A DNA stretch of 64,000 nucleotides from Marsupella aquatica. Its lineage: Eukaryota; Plantae; Marchantiophyta. The translations under genes were made by a program, and so were the position numbers. The notes under the pieces were generated by a model. It searched no databases and was not told where the DNA came from. It saw only the letters and a list, made by a program, of their open reading frames with translations. Below are positions 37,446 through 50,206 of the stretch, piece after piece (the first letter of the stretch is position 1; each line of letters begins with the position of its first letter). Where the stretch lies: the NCBI GenBank assembly GCA_973895155.1, contig OZ316895.1:14948816-15012815 (forward strand), read 5' to 3'.

Positions 37446-37809
37446 AAAAAAATGGAATATGCTTTTAAGTACTTTGATTGTGAGCCAAAGAGGGGACAAA
37501 TTCAAAAAGTTTGGAGTGAAAGCATGAGAAAAAAATCTTCTTTAGTTGAAAAGGAGGAAAATTTGATTTCGATAACAAGCAAAGAGTAATAAATGAAAAT
37601 GGCAATGAATGGAAAGCTTGAGTAAATGACAAGGACAATTGGAAGGACAATGAAAGAACTCTCTTGCATTGACAACACAGCTTTAGAAAGATTAGAAAAA
37701 AATGTTCTCTTGCATTACCCTATCTGTCAGCCTCCCTAACCCTGGACAAGTCATGTTTGATTGGAAGCCACTCAAAATGTGAACTGAAGCTCTCTATTTC
37801 TCTCTATTT

Positions 37810-38385
37810 CTGGGGCATTATGGCACATTGTAATACCCTCTAAACAGGACTTTACAATATACATCATACACACTGTGTTTTTTCCTTGGATTTTCAGTGC
37901 GTTCGTGGAGAAGAATGCTTGTCAAGATTTGGATTCAGGAAGATTCTCCTCTACCTTTCCTAAACACCAAATTAAATCTCTCAGCCGTTAAGTGTATAAA
38001 GTCTTGTTTCCAAAGCAATATGGGCAATAATAGCCCCTTGAAACTCAAGCTGAATCTCTTGTATTTTGGGGCATTATATACCACAATTCTGTAAAGAGGA
38101 CATTATTATATAAGAAATGTCCAAAAAATTACAACTTATCTTTTCTAACTTTAGCAAAAGCATAAGATAATCTTTCTAAAAACCTTATCCAGATCTTGAC
38201 CAGGGCATTATGCTCCAACCAGCCCTTTAAAATACAAGGTGAAAAAATAAAATCAAGAAGGGCACTAGTAAAAGTAGAAAAGAATCTTTCCAAATATTTC
38301 TAAATAGGTGATCCAGATCTTGACCAGGGCATTATGCTCCAGAATGCACTCCAAAATACAAAGTGAAAAATCACGAAGGGCATAT
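37810..38385. repeat. Dispersed repeat family copy, inverted relative to 62775-63045
   Basis: TGGGCAATAATAGCCCCT..GGGGCATTATA..CCACAAT (38021-38087) is the reverse complement of ~62865-62923. An exact 31-bp direct repeat, ATCCAGATCTTGACCAGGGCATTATGCTCCA, lies at 38187 and 38311. Confidence 0.75.
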
Positions 38386-39491
38386 TGCATTGTAGACTGT
38401 CACTGAAACTGTAGATTCCAACCAATCTTTCAATGTATGCGAGGCCCTCCATGAAGACGAGACGAGACGACACGCGATGAATTGAGAGTTTGAGACACTA
38501 TGAAATGAAATGAGACAATGATGTCACTCCGTTCCAACTTCCAACGCTTTCTATGCTACTATTTCGAGATTTCGGCCAATTCCCTCGACGTCGGCAAGCA
38601 ACGTAATGATTTTCTCTGTTCTGTGCGCAAGCCTATAACAGGATTTGATTTACACAGGAGCTGTAGGTGGGACTTGGATGGGATGGGAGCTGGACGAGCC
38701 TATCGTAGGACACTAGGACGAGTCTGTTGTAGAGTAGAGTACCTATTGCTACTGCTTACTACTGAGGAGTGATGACAGCTGCTCGAGACCTCGGACGAGC
38801 CCTCTCGGTCGAGCCCCCTACACTGTTCGCCACTCGGTGTCCATTTGCTTCTTCTTTGGTCTGCTTTTGGTCCCCCTCTTCTTGTATGCTTTTCCCCCTT
38901 TCTCTTCTTGTATTTTGTTGACTCTTGTTCAGTACATTTGTCCACGCTTCTTCGTCTTTTGCTCAAATCGACAATTTGGTGCGGTGCCTATTCTCCCCAT
39001 TTTGGAACGCTTGCTGTGAGGCTGTGACTTTAAAGCAGGATGTCAGTTTTGGGGAGCTGTGCTGCTGTGGATCGAGAGTGAGTTACTGCGGTACCGCTGA
39101 GCTAGCTGAATTTGGTTGACATCTAGTACGGTGCATGCGCCTATCGGTATTGTGGTTGCTCGAACGGGACCATGGATCCCTGCTTCAAATGCATTGCTTC
39201 GAGGCAGGTGAGCGTGATTAGCTACAGGACTACGAAGCTGAGAAGAGAGAGCGGTGAGGATTGATGATCGGGCGGAAGGGAAATGGGTCATACGATACCG
39301 GGAGGAGGCGAGCGGTGGTAGCAAGGAAGCGTCCTTCTCATTGTCGTCGTCTCAGAGGAAATCGCTTGGCGACGCAAATGCGGCTGCTGTGGTGGTGGTG
39401 GTAGTCAGCAGCGGGGTTCTTCGTCAATTCTGCTTGATGCATTGGGAATTTCGGTATCGCTATCGCGATTCGTGGTGCTGGGAAGGATAAG

Positions 39492-42486
39492 ATGTCCCTC
39501 CAGTGCCTTATTCGTCCTTCTCCTGTCAGTCTGTTGGAGACGAGTGGCACTAGTGGCAATTTCTTTTCAAACAGGCAAACCGCACCCTTTCTTGTAGGTT
39601 TTGCTGAGGAGCCTTCTGTCTTCTTTTCTTCTTGCTTCCAGCTTCGTCTCGGGATTGGGGATATTCGACATGTCGAAAGACGATTATGGAACAATATATG
39701 CTCCTATCAACGTCTGCGAAGGTGCAGCAGCAGTTACTCACGCTTACTCTCCTCAATTTGGTCATCCTCCTCGCAAAGTAGTTTCGCACCTCCGCACAGA
39801 GCGATAGAATCTTTGGTGAAACCCTCCCGGCCGTGGGGAACGAGAGTAACTGAGTGGAACCATGGCGTGCAAACAGAAGAAAGCATCCAGCGACAAAGAT
39901 TTATTGCGAAAAGCTTCTGCGAGCCAAGGGAAATACAGAAGGACTGGGGTGGGTTGCGGTGGGGCGATGAGAACCATAATGTACAGAGCAAGTTGGATGA
40001 TGGAGAGGAGAAAATAACAGGTGGAGTGATTACGACGAATTTCGAGCAGGAGGACAATAAACAAGACTCCGCGAAGGACGATGAAGTGCAACAAGAACGA
40101 TGGGAGGAGGACTCTGCCCCGCACGTCAAAACCAGACGATCTTCTGCATGTGGGAACCTCGAGAGAGAGATGGAAATGGCTGTTCGTGCCGTTCAGCTAG
40201 CCTGTTTGCTCAGTCAGCGAACACAGCAGAGGGTTCTCCAAAAGGAAGAGAAGGCGGACGAGAAGAAGGACCGATCACTTGTCACGGTAGCAGGTAGGTC
40301 TCGGGGTTTGTCGGGCCGCAGTAATACATGAACTCTACACACATTGCCATTCGCTGCTTGCGAGTGAGAGTAATGCCTAAGGAACTTTTCCTCCTTCCTT
40401 CCCTTTTTGTGGTATGGTTTCTGATAAGGGCGTATCAAAGCTGAATTGTCGTCTCTTTTTGTATGATAATAGTGCACTCAGTGTGTATGTGCGTATGTGC
40501 CGGTCATGGAGGTTCTGCAATCTACTGTAGGTAGTTGACACTGTCTTGGAACACACAACTAGCTTAGAATAAGACTCACGTCAGGGTCGTAGTCAATCGC
40601 TCTCGTCTAAAACAATGATGGCCTGAGTACTGTATTTGAGTTCCTTTCCGCACAAAAAACAAAAAAATAAGAGTTTAATTTCTGATTTTTACTGGGGATT
40701 GTCTCTGGCGACCGCAGCATGTTGCATCTCTGTTGTATACTACATTCCCTGAGAAAGTTAAGTAGGCAGCCGAGTTCATTCGATAGGCTTGTTCACTGTA
40801 CATAACCGATATTCTGAAGGTTGTCCCAAGTTGTTCCATGAGATTGAGGATGGGGAATTTCAAGGAGGAGGAGTTGTTGTACTGCTGTGAGATTCAGTGA
40901 AAGATACATGAGTATATCTGTGGTTCATTTACCCTTGTTGTGGATAGGTTAAGGCATGACGTGACGGTTCTGATGTCGACGAGTGGTGTCCTCTTCTGGA
41001 GACGCAGACTGGGGGGTGCAGGCTGTCGTAAGTTGGGTCCTCGCACAAGGTCTACAAGGAGAGGAGGCGATTCGGATTATTGCCGAGGAGGACACCACAG
41101 GCTTGACAGGAATGGAAAAGATCGATCTTCTGCAAAGGGTCGTCGAGGCAGTGAATCTATGTCTCCAGGAGGCTAAAGTCGTGGGAATCTGTCCACCACC
41201 TCATCCCCTTGGTGCGATGGACGTCCTGGAGGCCATAGGCAAGGGTAGTGCTGACGGGGGGAAAACGGGACGGTATTGGGTGCTTGACCCTGTGGATGGG
41301 ACGTTGGGATTTGTCCGAGGGGACCAATACGCGATAGCGTTAGGGTTGATTGAGAACGGAGAAGTTGTGCTTGCAGTTTTGGGGTGCCCAAATTTTCCTC
41401 TCAGAAAAGAGTGGCTTAGGTATCACCATCGCTTTTACCGGATTGCATCAAAACTCCATCCACCCAACCCTGGCAAGTGGCACAAGGGTTTGGTGTTGAC
41501 TACCACCAAGGGATCTGGTTCAGTAATGATGCAGCCTTTGGTGGTAAATGCTGATGGGTCGCCCCAATTACATCTGGAACGGCCACGACCTGTGATTGTT
41601 TCATCCATTGACGATCCTGCCATGGCAACTTTTTGCGAACCCTTCGAGAAAGCGAACTCGAGCCATTCGTTCACTGCCGGATTGGCCCAGTCTCTCGGTC
41701 TCAGGTATCCCTTCTAGTCTGCTTTTAGGCCTTTTTGGTTCAATCCGTTGTCATATAAGCCAAGCCCACTTCTCAAGCAGGCTAAATGCTTTATGAATAA
41801 TAAAACTCCTTAAGGATGCTACTTTCAAGGGTAAGAATGTAGATAGTTAAATGTCAAAGTGCTTCATGTCCTTTCACGAGTATTTAATGGCAGGCTAGCA
41901 ATTCTGTTTGTCTTAGTTTCCTTCGCCAAGAGACTGGAAATTTCTGAGTTTTCGTGTTTGCGATATTTTAGACAAACTCCACCTGAGATGCACCCAGGTT
42001 TCGTGATGATCTTCAGGCTTGAATATCTCGTCCAGAACTGTTACTTAGGCTAAGGAGAGCCAAGTATCTTATGCAACTGGTTTCGACTGAGTTGATCTGT
42101 GGGGAAAAGCTAGATGAGAATAAGATCTTTAAAGCTACTTGCAAGTCCACTTTCAGATTGTCGAATGGGTTCATGGTTGCAGGAATCGCCCATTACGAGT
42201 GTACAGCTTGGCGAAGTATGCAGCAATTGCACGAGGTGATGCTGAGATTTTTATGAAGTTTGCTAGGGCAGGTTATAAGGAGAAGATATGGGATCATGCA
42301 GCAGGAGTTTTGATAGTACAGGAAGCTGGAGGAGTTGTCACAGATGCAGGTGGGAAACCGCTTGATTTTTCCCAAGGTCGGCTGCTGAAAGGCTTGGACC
42401 GTGGAATCATTGCCTGCTCAGGGAAGACATTGCAAGAGAAGCTATTGAAGGCTGTCGACGCAAGTTGGGACTCATCCACACTTTAA
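39492..42486 (+). CDS. AHL: PAP-specific phosphatase HAL2-like (3'(2'),5'-bisphosphate nucleotidase, inositol monophosphatase superfamily) with a long N-terminal extension
   Basis: Exons 39492-40293, 41008-41704 and 42183-42486. Motifs: [92 protein letters not shown]. The [11 protein letters not shown] insertion and FMKFARAGY point to the AHL rather than the SAL1 clade. Confidence 0.92.
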
Positions 42487-43056
42487 ATGGTGCAATCAAT
42501 TTGTTAAGGTCCTGCACAACAGCAGACGTTTCTAAATTAGTACTAATCTTTTTCAATCTAGTCTATTTTTAATAATGTCTATACCTTTGAGAAAATATGG
42601 CAATTCTAACTTGAAAGAGGACGGCAAGGTGGAGAGGGATTCTATTAAGAATGGACATAGAATTTGGTTGTTGCTGGCATCTCGCTAACATGGTGGCTGA
42701 TCACAGATGGTGCTTGGGAAGTAAGAGAGGTAGTTGTTGAGTTGCTAAGAGAGTCACTAGTGGGGAAGGGAAGGAACTGCAACTTTTATTTAACATCGAA
42801 TGCCGCGAGCAGAGATAAGTGAACAACGCGCTTTCAACCAAATGCGGACTTTATAGACTTCAGATAGGCAGATGGGCAGATGGGCTCCAAGCGTGACGGT
42901 AAACTTTCTACGTAGGCAGTCAACTAGTTTTCGAGTACCTTGTTTGTTATTTACTCGAAACTTAATATCTGGTACTTTGGCTAAACCTTTCCTTAATTCT
43001 CGAGGCATCCTTAGGAAGTGCAACAATAGAGAAATACGGCTTATTTTCACTTTGAA

Positions 43057-43544
43057 CCCGGTTTGACCTTGCCCGTCAAACTGGCCCAAAAACTCCAGCA
43101 AAACGCACCCGGGTTCGGGAGCAGTCCGGGCCGGGACAAGTTCGGGAGAAGTCCGGGCCGGGGTCGGGGGGCGGGGGCGGTTCGGGGGAGCTGGGTTCAG
43201 GAAAGGTCCAAGAAGTGTCCGGGGGAGTCTGGGAATTGTTTGGGGGGGGGGGGAGGTCAGGAAGGGTCCAGCCCGAGTTTGGGAGAGGTCCGGGCCAGGG
43301 TTGGGGGGAGCCGGTCCGGGTGGGGGGGGGGAGCCGGGTTTGGGGGAGCCAGTTCGGGAGAGGTCCGGGAAGTGTCTGGGGGAGTCCGGGAATTGTCCGG
43401 GGGGTCCGGGGGGAGTTCGGGAAGGGCCCAGGGCAGTTCGGGAGAATCTCGGCAAATATGCGTCAAACTTCCGGTTTTGGGGCCTTCATTTGACGGCTTT
43501 ACGTGCCCGGCAAGGCGTCAAGTTGCCCGTCAGGTTAAACCGGG
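43057..43544. mobile_element. 488-bp G-rich non-autonomous DNA transposon (MITE-like) with an 8-bp TSD
   Basis: The termini CCCGGTTTGACCT and AGGTTAAACCGGG form a 13-bp inverted repeat with one mismatch. The perfect TSD ACTTTGAA lies at 43049-43056 and 43545-43552. Subterminal GCCCGTCA/TTTGACGGC motifs are present. The interior is made of G-run units such as GGTCCGGG and GTTCGGGAG. Confidence 0.9.
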
Positions 43545-43552
43545 ACTTTGAA

Positions 43553-43698
43553 AGTCTGCACAGGGATGGGAGATTATGTGTTTACTTATTTTCACTTTGA
43601 AAGTCTGCGCAGCGGTGGGAGATGATGGGTTTACTGTATATGTAAACACAAGGGAGATGATGGTGGGAGATGGTGGGTTTACTGTATATGTAAACACA
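43553..43698. repeat. Short tandem duplications flanking the MITE, including an uninterrupted copy of its target site
   Basis: CTTATTTTCACTTTGAAAGTCTGC is intact at ~43585-43608. GGTGGGAGATG(A/G)TGGGTTTACTGTATATGTAAACAC occurs twice (~43614, ~43661). Confidence 0.85.
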
Positions 43699-44359
43699 CT
43701 TTTCCTGATCTCTCTTTCTCACTTCGGGAGCATATGCCATCGACTTTCTTTGACACAAGTCAAGAGCATCTGGTCGGATTCAGTTAGTAAAAATGTCGTA
43801 CATAACTCAGTGAATACTTTGCTATTGGTCGTTAGCTGGATGGATAGTTACACTCACTACTGACGATTTACAGTAGTATCATACGATACCCATAAATCTA
43901 TGGAATCCTACTCAAGAGTACATGACAGAGAGGTACAGAGGTACAAGAGTGAGTGCATGGATGAGCAAAGCCAAAGTAATGAGAGCTGTAGTCCAAACCA
44001 AAGGACTTAGAAAATGAGGAATCGTCCTGAGTACATCGTTTAGCAAGAATATGTCAAATTAGATCGAAATTGCGTTATTGTTTTGGATTGTTGAATAAGT
44101 TCAACAAATATACCCATTCAAAATTCACTTTGATGCATTGCGACAAAGTAGATAACATCTTATCCACTGCGATAAAGATTGGAGGATATTTCTGGCGCCA
44201 CAAAAGTAACGAAAAGCTTGAGTGGTTAGAACTCAACCCACTTACAACATCGTCTACTGTACTTGTTCCATTTTCCTTCTAAAAGAACAATGCTCGTTTG
44301 GAGAAAATCTTGAGTCAGAAAAGAGTGTTCATCTTTTTGACAATTAAGGGTGTCTGTGC

Positions 44360-44520
44360 TAAGGGGGAGTGGGTATGGCTTGTTTGTGGCAGACTTAAAC
44401 TGCATTCCCCTTCACATTTGCAAATGGTCCTGAGGGGGCCATTATGCGTCCCGCATGCCTCCCCCTACATGGATCAGATCAACATACCATTAGGTCGTCT
44501 CAAAGCTGGAAAATTACTGA
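44360..44520 (+). mobile_element. Possible decayed LINE apurinic-endonuclease fragment
   Basis: TGG CTT GTT TGT GGC (A) GAC TTA AAC TGC ATT reads WLVCG-DLNCI with a 1-nt frameshift, resembling the LINE endonuclease WxxxGDFN motif. This is a single motif only. Confidence 0.3.
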
Positions 44521-46786
44521 TGATGGTATTCAGCCATAATGGAATGGTCACAACTTTTTCACAAGGTTGTGAAAATGTTTTTTAATTTTTTCTTTCACCT
44601 ACCTCTACAATTGACTAATGGTTATGACATAAGACCAATCCTTATGGCAAAAAGTCTTGGACTATGAATTATGTGTTCATAAGCCATAACTAGGGAGTTA
44701 AGGTACATCAAAATGTCAGCTTTAAGAGTCGGGCAGGAGACAAGGGAAGAGGGAGGGAATGGGGTGAGGCAGGCCGGCCCGGGTCATCGGGGCGGGGAAG
44801 GAGGGTGGTGGGAGGTTGACCACAAGAGTGTGGCAGTCGACGGTCGGTGCGCGGGGCAAGGCGGCAGGATGGTCGCCCCACTCATAGTAGAGGCTGGCCG
44901 CACGACATTTTACTTGCCTTGGCTCGGTGCTGCTGCTGTGATCAGACTGCAGTTGATCTCAGGAGCTGCTGTGAGGGCCATTTTTGGTTGCTATTGCTTT
45001 GGTTTTTTCAGTATTTAATTTCTTTCACCCAAAATGGCCCTGTAAATTCAAATGACAACCACGGCAAAATAAAGGCGCAACACCTTACTATAGTTTTTGA
45101 TGTTGTTAAATGTGGTTGTCCCTCTATATGTGTATCCCTTAACCCTGTCCCCCCAGCCAAGAGTGGTTTGGCCCCCAACCCCTTGTTATCTCATCCAAAT
45201 ATATATTAGATTTTGCAAAGTATATTTGTTTTTATAAAATGATCTCATTCATATGAGTAACAAGGAGGATGAGTGTATACACTCCCCTTGCATTGCATGC
45301 ACATGAGGTGTACATTGGGGTAGGGTCAATACAAATAAGACAATGGCCAGGGAGGGATTAGATAAAGAGTGTATTTGTGTACAATGATGACATCAGAACT
45401 AATCACTGTACTTGCTAAGTGATATGGAATATCAAGAAGGATTCTGCTCCCTTTATTTTTATTTGTTTTCTTTCATTTCTTTCACTTGGCAGGAAACTGT
45501 AATTTTGAATGACTACCACTTTAAAAAAGTGGCTCAATTGTGTATTATAGGGTTAATAATAATAATAATAATATACATTGAAATAAGTTTGTTTACCAGG
45601 GTTAGAAAAGCTTCAACTATGGTTGGGTTGAGCCTCTGCCCCTTCAGTCAGCCCAGAAGAAGAAGACGAACAGAATTGGGTCTCGAGGAGCTTTCGTGTC
45701 GATGCGCATCGATCGAAAATTATCGAGACCCAATTCAAGAGCGATGATTCCCGTCGAAAGGGAGCGAATGGTGAAAGCTCTCCTATGGTGAGGTGATCAT
45801 CGATGCGCGTCGACCGGCGAAATGGTTGATTGATTTCGAGAGACCGTGATTGTCATCGATTTTCCCCCCAGCACCGCAAGTCCGCGACAGATGAGTTTGA
45901 TTCTCTGTCATTTATTCCTTGAGTTTGGTCTTGTCTGAATCGCGAAGGAGGAGAGAGAGCTCGAGCTCTGCTGATCATGACCTGAAGGCTTGAGGAGCGC
46001 AGGCAGGCACTTCGGTTGTGTTGGATCTATGCCACGGTGTCGGTGGCGGTATGGGATGGAGCTACGACGGAAAACGGGTTTTGCACTTTTGAAACAGGAG
46101 CATGTGCAATTGAAGGCCGAAAGATGCAATTGAAGGCTGAAAGATGAAAGATGGAATTTAGAAGTTGGAGTCTTCGTGGTTTTCTTCTTGGGGAGCCTAG
46201 CGTAACCTAACCTATCGAGCCAGGAAGATCGCCTTTGAGTTCATTTGACGGGGCCAGAAGGTACTGTACAGTAGGCAGGATACCGAGAAGCCGACTGAGA
46301 AGAAGAATTTTTTCAATTTGACGAGTATCCGATTGATATTAAGGTTGATCCCAGCTGTTTCCTTCTTCGACAAGGCGAGAAGGTAGCATAAGTAACAAGG
46401 AGAAGCAGAAGAGCAATTTCTCGTTTTGGCTTCTATCTGATTTATATCCAATAAAGGAAGAGAGCATCGGTCTCTCGCAGCTTTGCGTGTTCAGAGATAC
46501 CTCAGTAGGTAGCAAGCAGAAGATTATTTTTCTAAACAATTTGACGACAATTCGATTGGCATCCACACAAGGGTAGGAAGATTAGTCGCAGCCTTGCTTA
46601 TCTGTCCAAAGCGTCGTGGTAAAAATTTGTCGACCATTCGATTTGTATCCACTGAAAGGAGGGAAGATCGGTCTCTCGCAGTTTTGAATGTGGATCATTA
46701 CCTCAGTGTAGCCTGCAGAAGATAGAAGAGTTTTGGAATTATTCATCAATTTGACGACAATTTGAGCGATTTAGCGATTGAGTCCT

Positions 46787-48757
46787 ATGGCTCTCTACGC
46801 TTCCATTGATATCTCTTTCCTGAGCCCTCAGAACCCCACGGGAAAGTGGAAATCTGTTGGGGCGTCGGAGGCAAGGAGGGCCGGTTGTGGTTTGGGGGCA
46901 ATCGACATTCGCCAGAGCCAAAACTGCTTGCCTATTTGCTACTTCAGAAATCGTAGCGTATGTTCGTCGCAAGCCGGCGGGAGGGCAAGTAGGTGCGGGT
47001 TTTCTAAAGTGGCAGCAGGGCGAGTAGAAGGGCGTTTTAGGTCTCCTCAGGCGGACGATTACAGGTCAATGGCCGCACCATCATCAATGCTTGGTGATCA
47101 TATGCGAAGGAAGTCCGGTGATAGATCTGACGAGTCCGAGAACTGGAAGCGTTACAGCCAAGTTTCTAAGGAAGATTATCATGTGGACAACGATCATCAA
47201 ACACATAGGGAAGCGTTCAGAGAGGCAATATTCGAGTTAGAGTACATGGTGAGGGAACCCGCGGAGGTCCTGGAGGGATTGCAGGAGAAGTTGTCCACCA
47301 GAGATCTGGAGTTAGTGTTGGCGTATTTTGCGCAGGAGGGAAGGGATTCTTGGTGCGCTTTAGAGGTGTTCGATTGGATGCAGAGAGTGAACCGCGTGGG
47401 AGATGACACGCACAAATTGATGATGAACATAATGTTCGAGTGGATCATGAAACTCGTCGAGAAGGAACAGCCCGTGGAGGACGTGAAGAGCCTCTTACAG
47501 GACATGAATTGTGTGGGCTTGAAGCCCGAGTTTCACATCATGCAATCCATTATCGGTACCTATTGGGAAAAGGGAAGAAAGGCGGAAGCCCTCTGCTTTG
47601 TGAAGGAAATGCTGGACAGTGAGGTGGAGACCGAAGGAGAAGACCCTGTTGTATTTCTAATCCTTAAAATGGTGAAGGCTGGCGAGCAGAAGGAGGCTTT
47701 GGATTTTGTCCATCATTTGCGCGGCTGCGGCTTCAAATTGAAAGCGTCAGCCTATACCGCTGCTTTAGTGGCAGCGGTGGTGGAACAGGAACGGGTATGT
47801 ACTGCCTTGCCCTCCTCCAACCCGATGGCATCCGTCCTCGTGGAATTTTGCTTCTTCATCTGATATGATATGTATATTAATCACAATATGGCAAGCATGT
47901 TGTCATAATCTTCCTCTGTGTTTCTGAGTCTCATTCAGTCGATAGTTTAGAAGCCAGATACCGTAAAGTTACTACGAAACATCTCATGTGATTTTTCCTG
48001 GAGTGAAATTGCATTTGGTTAGCCGTGACTCATGTTATAACCTGGCTTAGCAGTTGACTCGTAGTACAGGATCATGGAAGTTCTAAAGACGTCTATGATG
48101 TGATCTAATGCGCAGCTTACGAGCGCACAAAGGCAGTTGAGGGGTTACGAACGCAAAGGTGCTATAAAAAAGCTGGAGTACAAAGACTGGGAAATGTTTC
48201 AGATGTATGAATCGAATCTGCACGCAGAAGCGGAGCAGATAGCGAAATGGGCTTTGGAGGAGGAAGTTCCAGAGGCGGTACCTTCGGTTCATGAAAGGTT
48301 GCTCGCCATGTATTGTATAGCGGGGAAAGCATTGGAAGCAGAGAAATCCCTATGGGGAATGAAGCTTGCCGGGAAGGAGCCCCCCTGGGAAATGTACAAC
48401 ACAGTGTTGGGTATTTGTGGCTTTCGAAACGAAAGGGAAGCAGTGTTTAGGATACTACGAAGGATGGAGGACGGTCGAAAGCTGCCTGTGAAGAAATCAT
48501 ACTCAGTGCTAATGGGAGGATTTATCAAGGGGGGGCATTGCGAGAGTGCAGCAGACATCATGCATCTTATGCTTGAAAAGAACGTGTATCCTGATCCTAA
48601 CGTCATGTTGGCAGTTTTGAGAGCGCTGCAAAAGGCGGAGCTAGTTGGTTCATATCTAAAACTCTGCAAAAGTCTGGCCCAAGCAGGTCTGATTGAGCCC
48701 TGTTTATTGTATTTCTACATTGATGCTCTCAATTTGTGTATAATTAGAATGCTTTGA
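46787..48757 (+). CDS. P-class pentatricopeptide repeat protein, At2g30100-like, probably chloroplast-targeted
   Basis: Exons 46787-47794 and 48116-48757 (phase-0 intron). ELEYMVREP..DLELVLAYFAQEGRDSWCALEVFDWM, MNCVGLKPEF, VHERLLAMYCIAG..EAEKSLWGMKLAGKE and SYSVLMGGFIKGGH..P match the recalled At2g30100 family and PPR helical repeats. Confidence 0.88.
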
Positions 48758-50206
48758 CTTTAGAAAAGATAATCTGTCAATAATCTCATCAATCTTCTGT
48801 AGGATTGTCAATCCAGTACAGTTCCATTGTAACTATATAGGTCATGGTTTTCGTATTTTTATGTAAAGCTTGTAAAACTGTAAGTACAAATTCTCCCATT
48901 TTCACTCAGAACAAGTATTCACGTCATGCCGCGAGTATCGTGTACTGTGAATTTGTCAAAAGCGTCAAGCATACTTGAAATCAAAGCACGAGCACACGAG
49001 TCATGCTATACAGTGGAAAATGTAAGTACGGGGCTGTTGGATGGGAGGGGCTGTTGGATAGGACTTTCTTATCCAACAGTCTCAAGGCATGTGCTACTCA
49101 CGACTCATCTTATTCGCTTCCGAGGAGTTCAGGGGAGCTAACTGCAGCCGATCAATGGTCGGGTATCTTTGGCAAGAAAAGGTAGACCATAGGTGCATGT
49201 CCTTAAGTGTCAGCTTTTGTGAGAAGTAAATGTTTATGACTAATACATTCTGATGTGGAATTGAATGCGTTTTTCCCAAGGATTTTTCCATACCATGAGA
49301 ATAAGAGAATCGATCCTTCCTAGATAAATGGCAAGCATTCATGACAATCCAAAAGGTCGAAGTCATGAATGCACCTGGTTGGTCCAGTCATTCACCAATG
49401 AGAATGTTATCGGAGTTATCTTGTCACTAAAGTATTATGATTTGGACTTTTCGTGCCTGAGAAGTACATGGGGCTTTCCTTTTCTCCGTTGTTTTGGTTT
49501 TGTATGTCAACGGATTCCCCTTCACTGCAATTGCAGCTACGATTTGCTCCAATCCTGACTCTAAAATTGAGCAAGTCGCTGAGTCTGTGTTTTTCGCCCA
49601 TTCCCTCACTTCGTACACCGCGGAGTATATGCGAAAATTCTGTTCAAATTGATCTCATAGAGTATGTGTGTACTAGATCACTTTGTATAAATTCTTGAGC
49701 CTATTTGACTTGTCAAGAGTTTGAGAAATGATCCTCGCATTCTAAAATTCCAGCTCAGAAAACCAAACCCATTTGCACTCTCATTTGGCAGTTGACATTG
49801 TAATCTCGGAGGACTCCCACTTCCGATAAATTCCCTCCACTAGACTTGGTTAGACTTGGTCGATACTGCCTTCTCCACAATATCTTCCCATGACGAGGTA
49901 GAATCTCCTACTCCAACCTTTCAAGTGGTAAGAGTAGTCCTATTAGCGCTCCCATTCTGCCGATTCGTTTCCAAACGTTGTAATGGGACTCCCGTTCCCA
50001 ATGATGCTTCTGTGAACGCGGTGAATTGCATTTCTGTCGTAACACAGAAAAATAACCCAAGCCATGAAGCGCAACCAAAGAGAGTAGAAAAATATCGAAC
50101 TTTTGATGTGTTACATTCATCTTGTCCGACATTCAAAGTCCAGTTCTGGAGCAATGAGACACAACATTCATAAGTAACAGAAATCTTTGAATATTAATCT
50201 GGATCT

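Noticed and set aside
41705-42182. AHL intron 2 begins GTATCCCT, resembling a U12-type donor, which is tempting given SNRNP35 nearby
   Set aside because: It deviates from GTATCCTT and there is no TCCTTAAC-like branch site near the acceptor, so it is treated as U2-type.
42790-43600. Several Pro-rich and Gly-rich ORFs (up to 221 aa) on both strands
   Set aside because: They arise from the stop-poor G-rich MITE interior and cross its TSD boundaries. They have no domain or splice structure.
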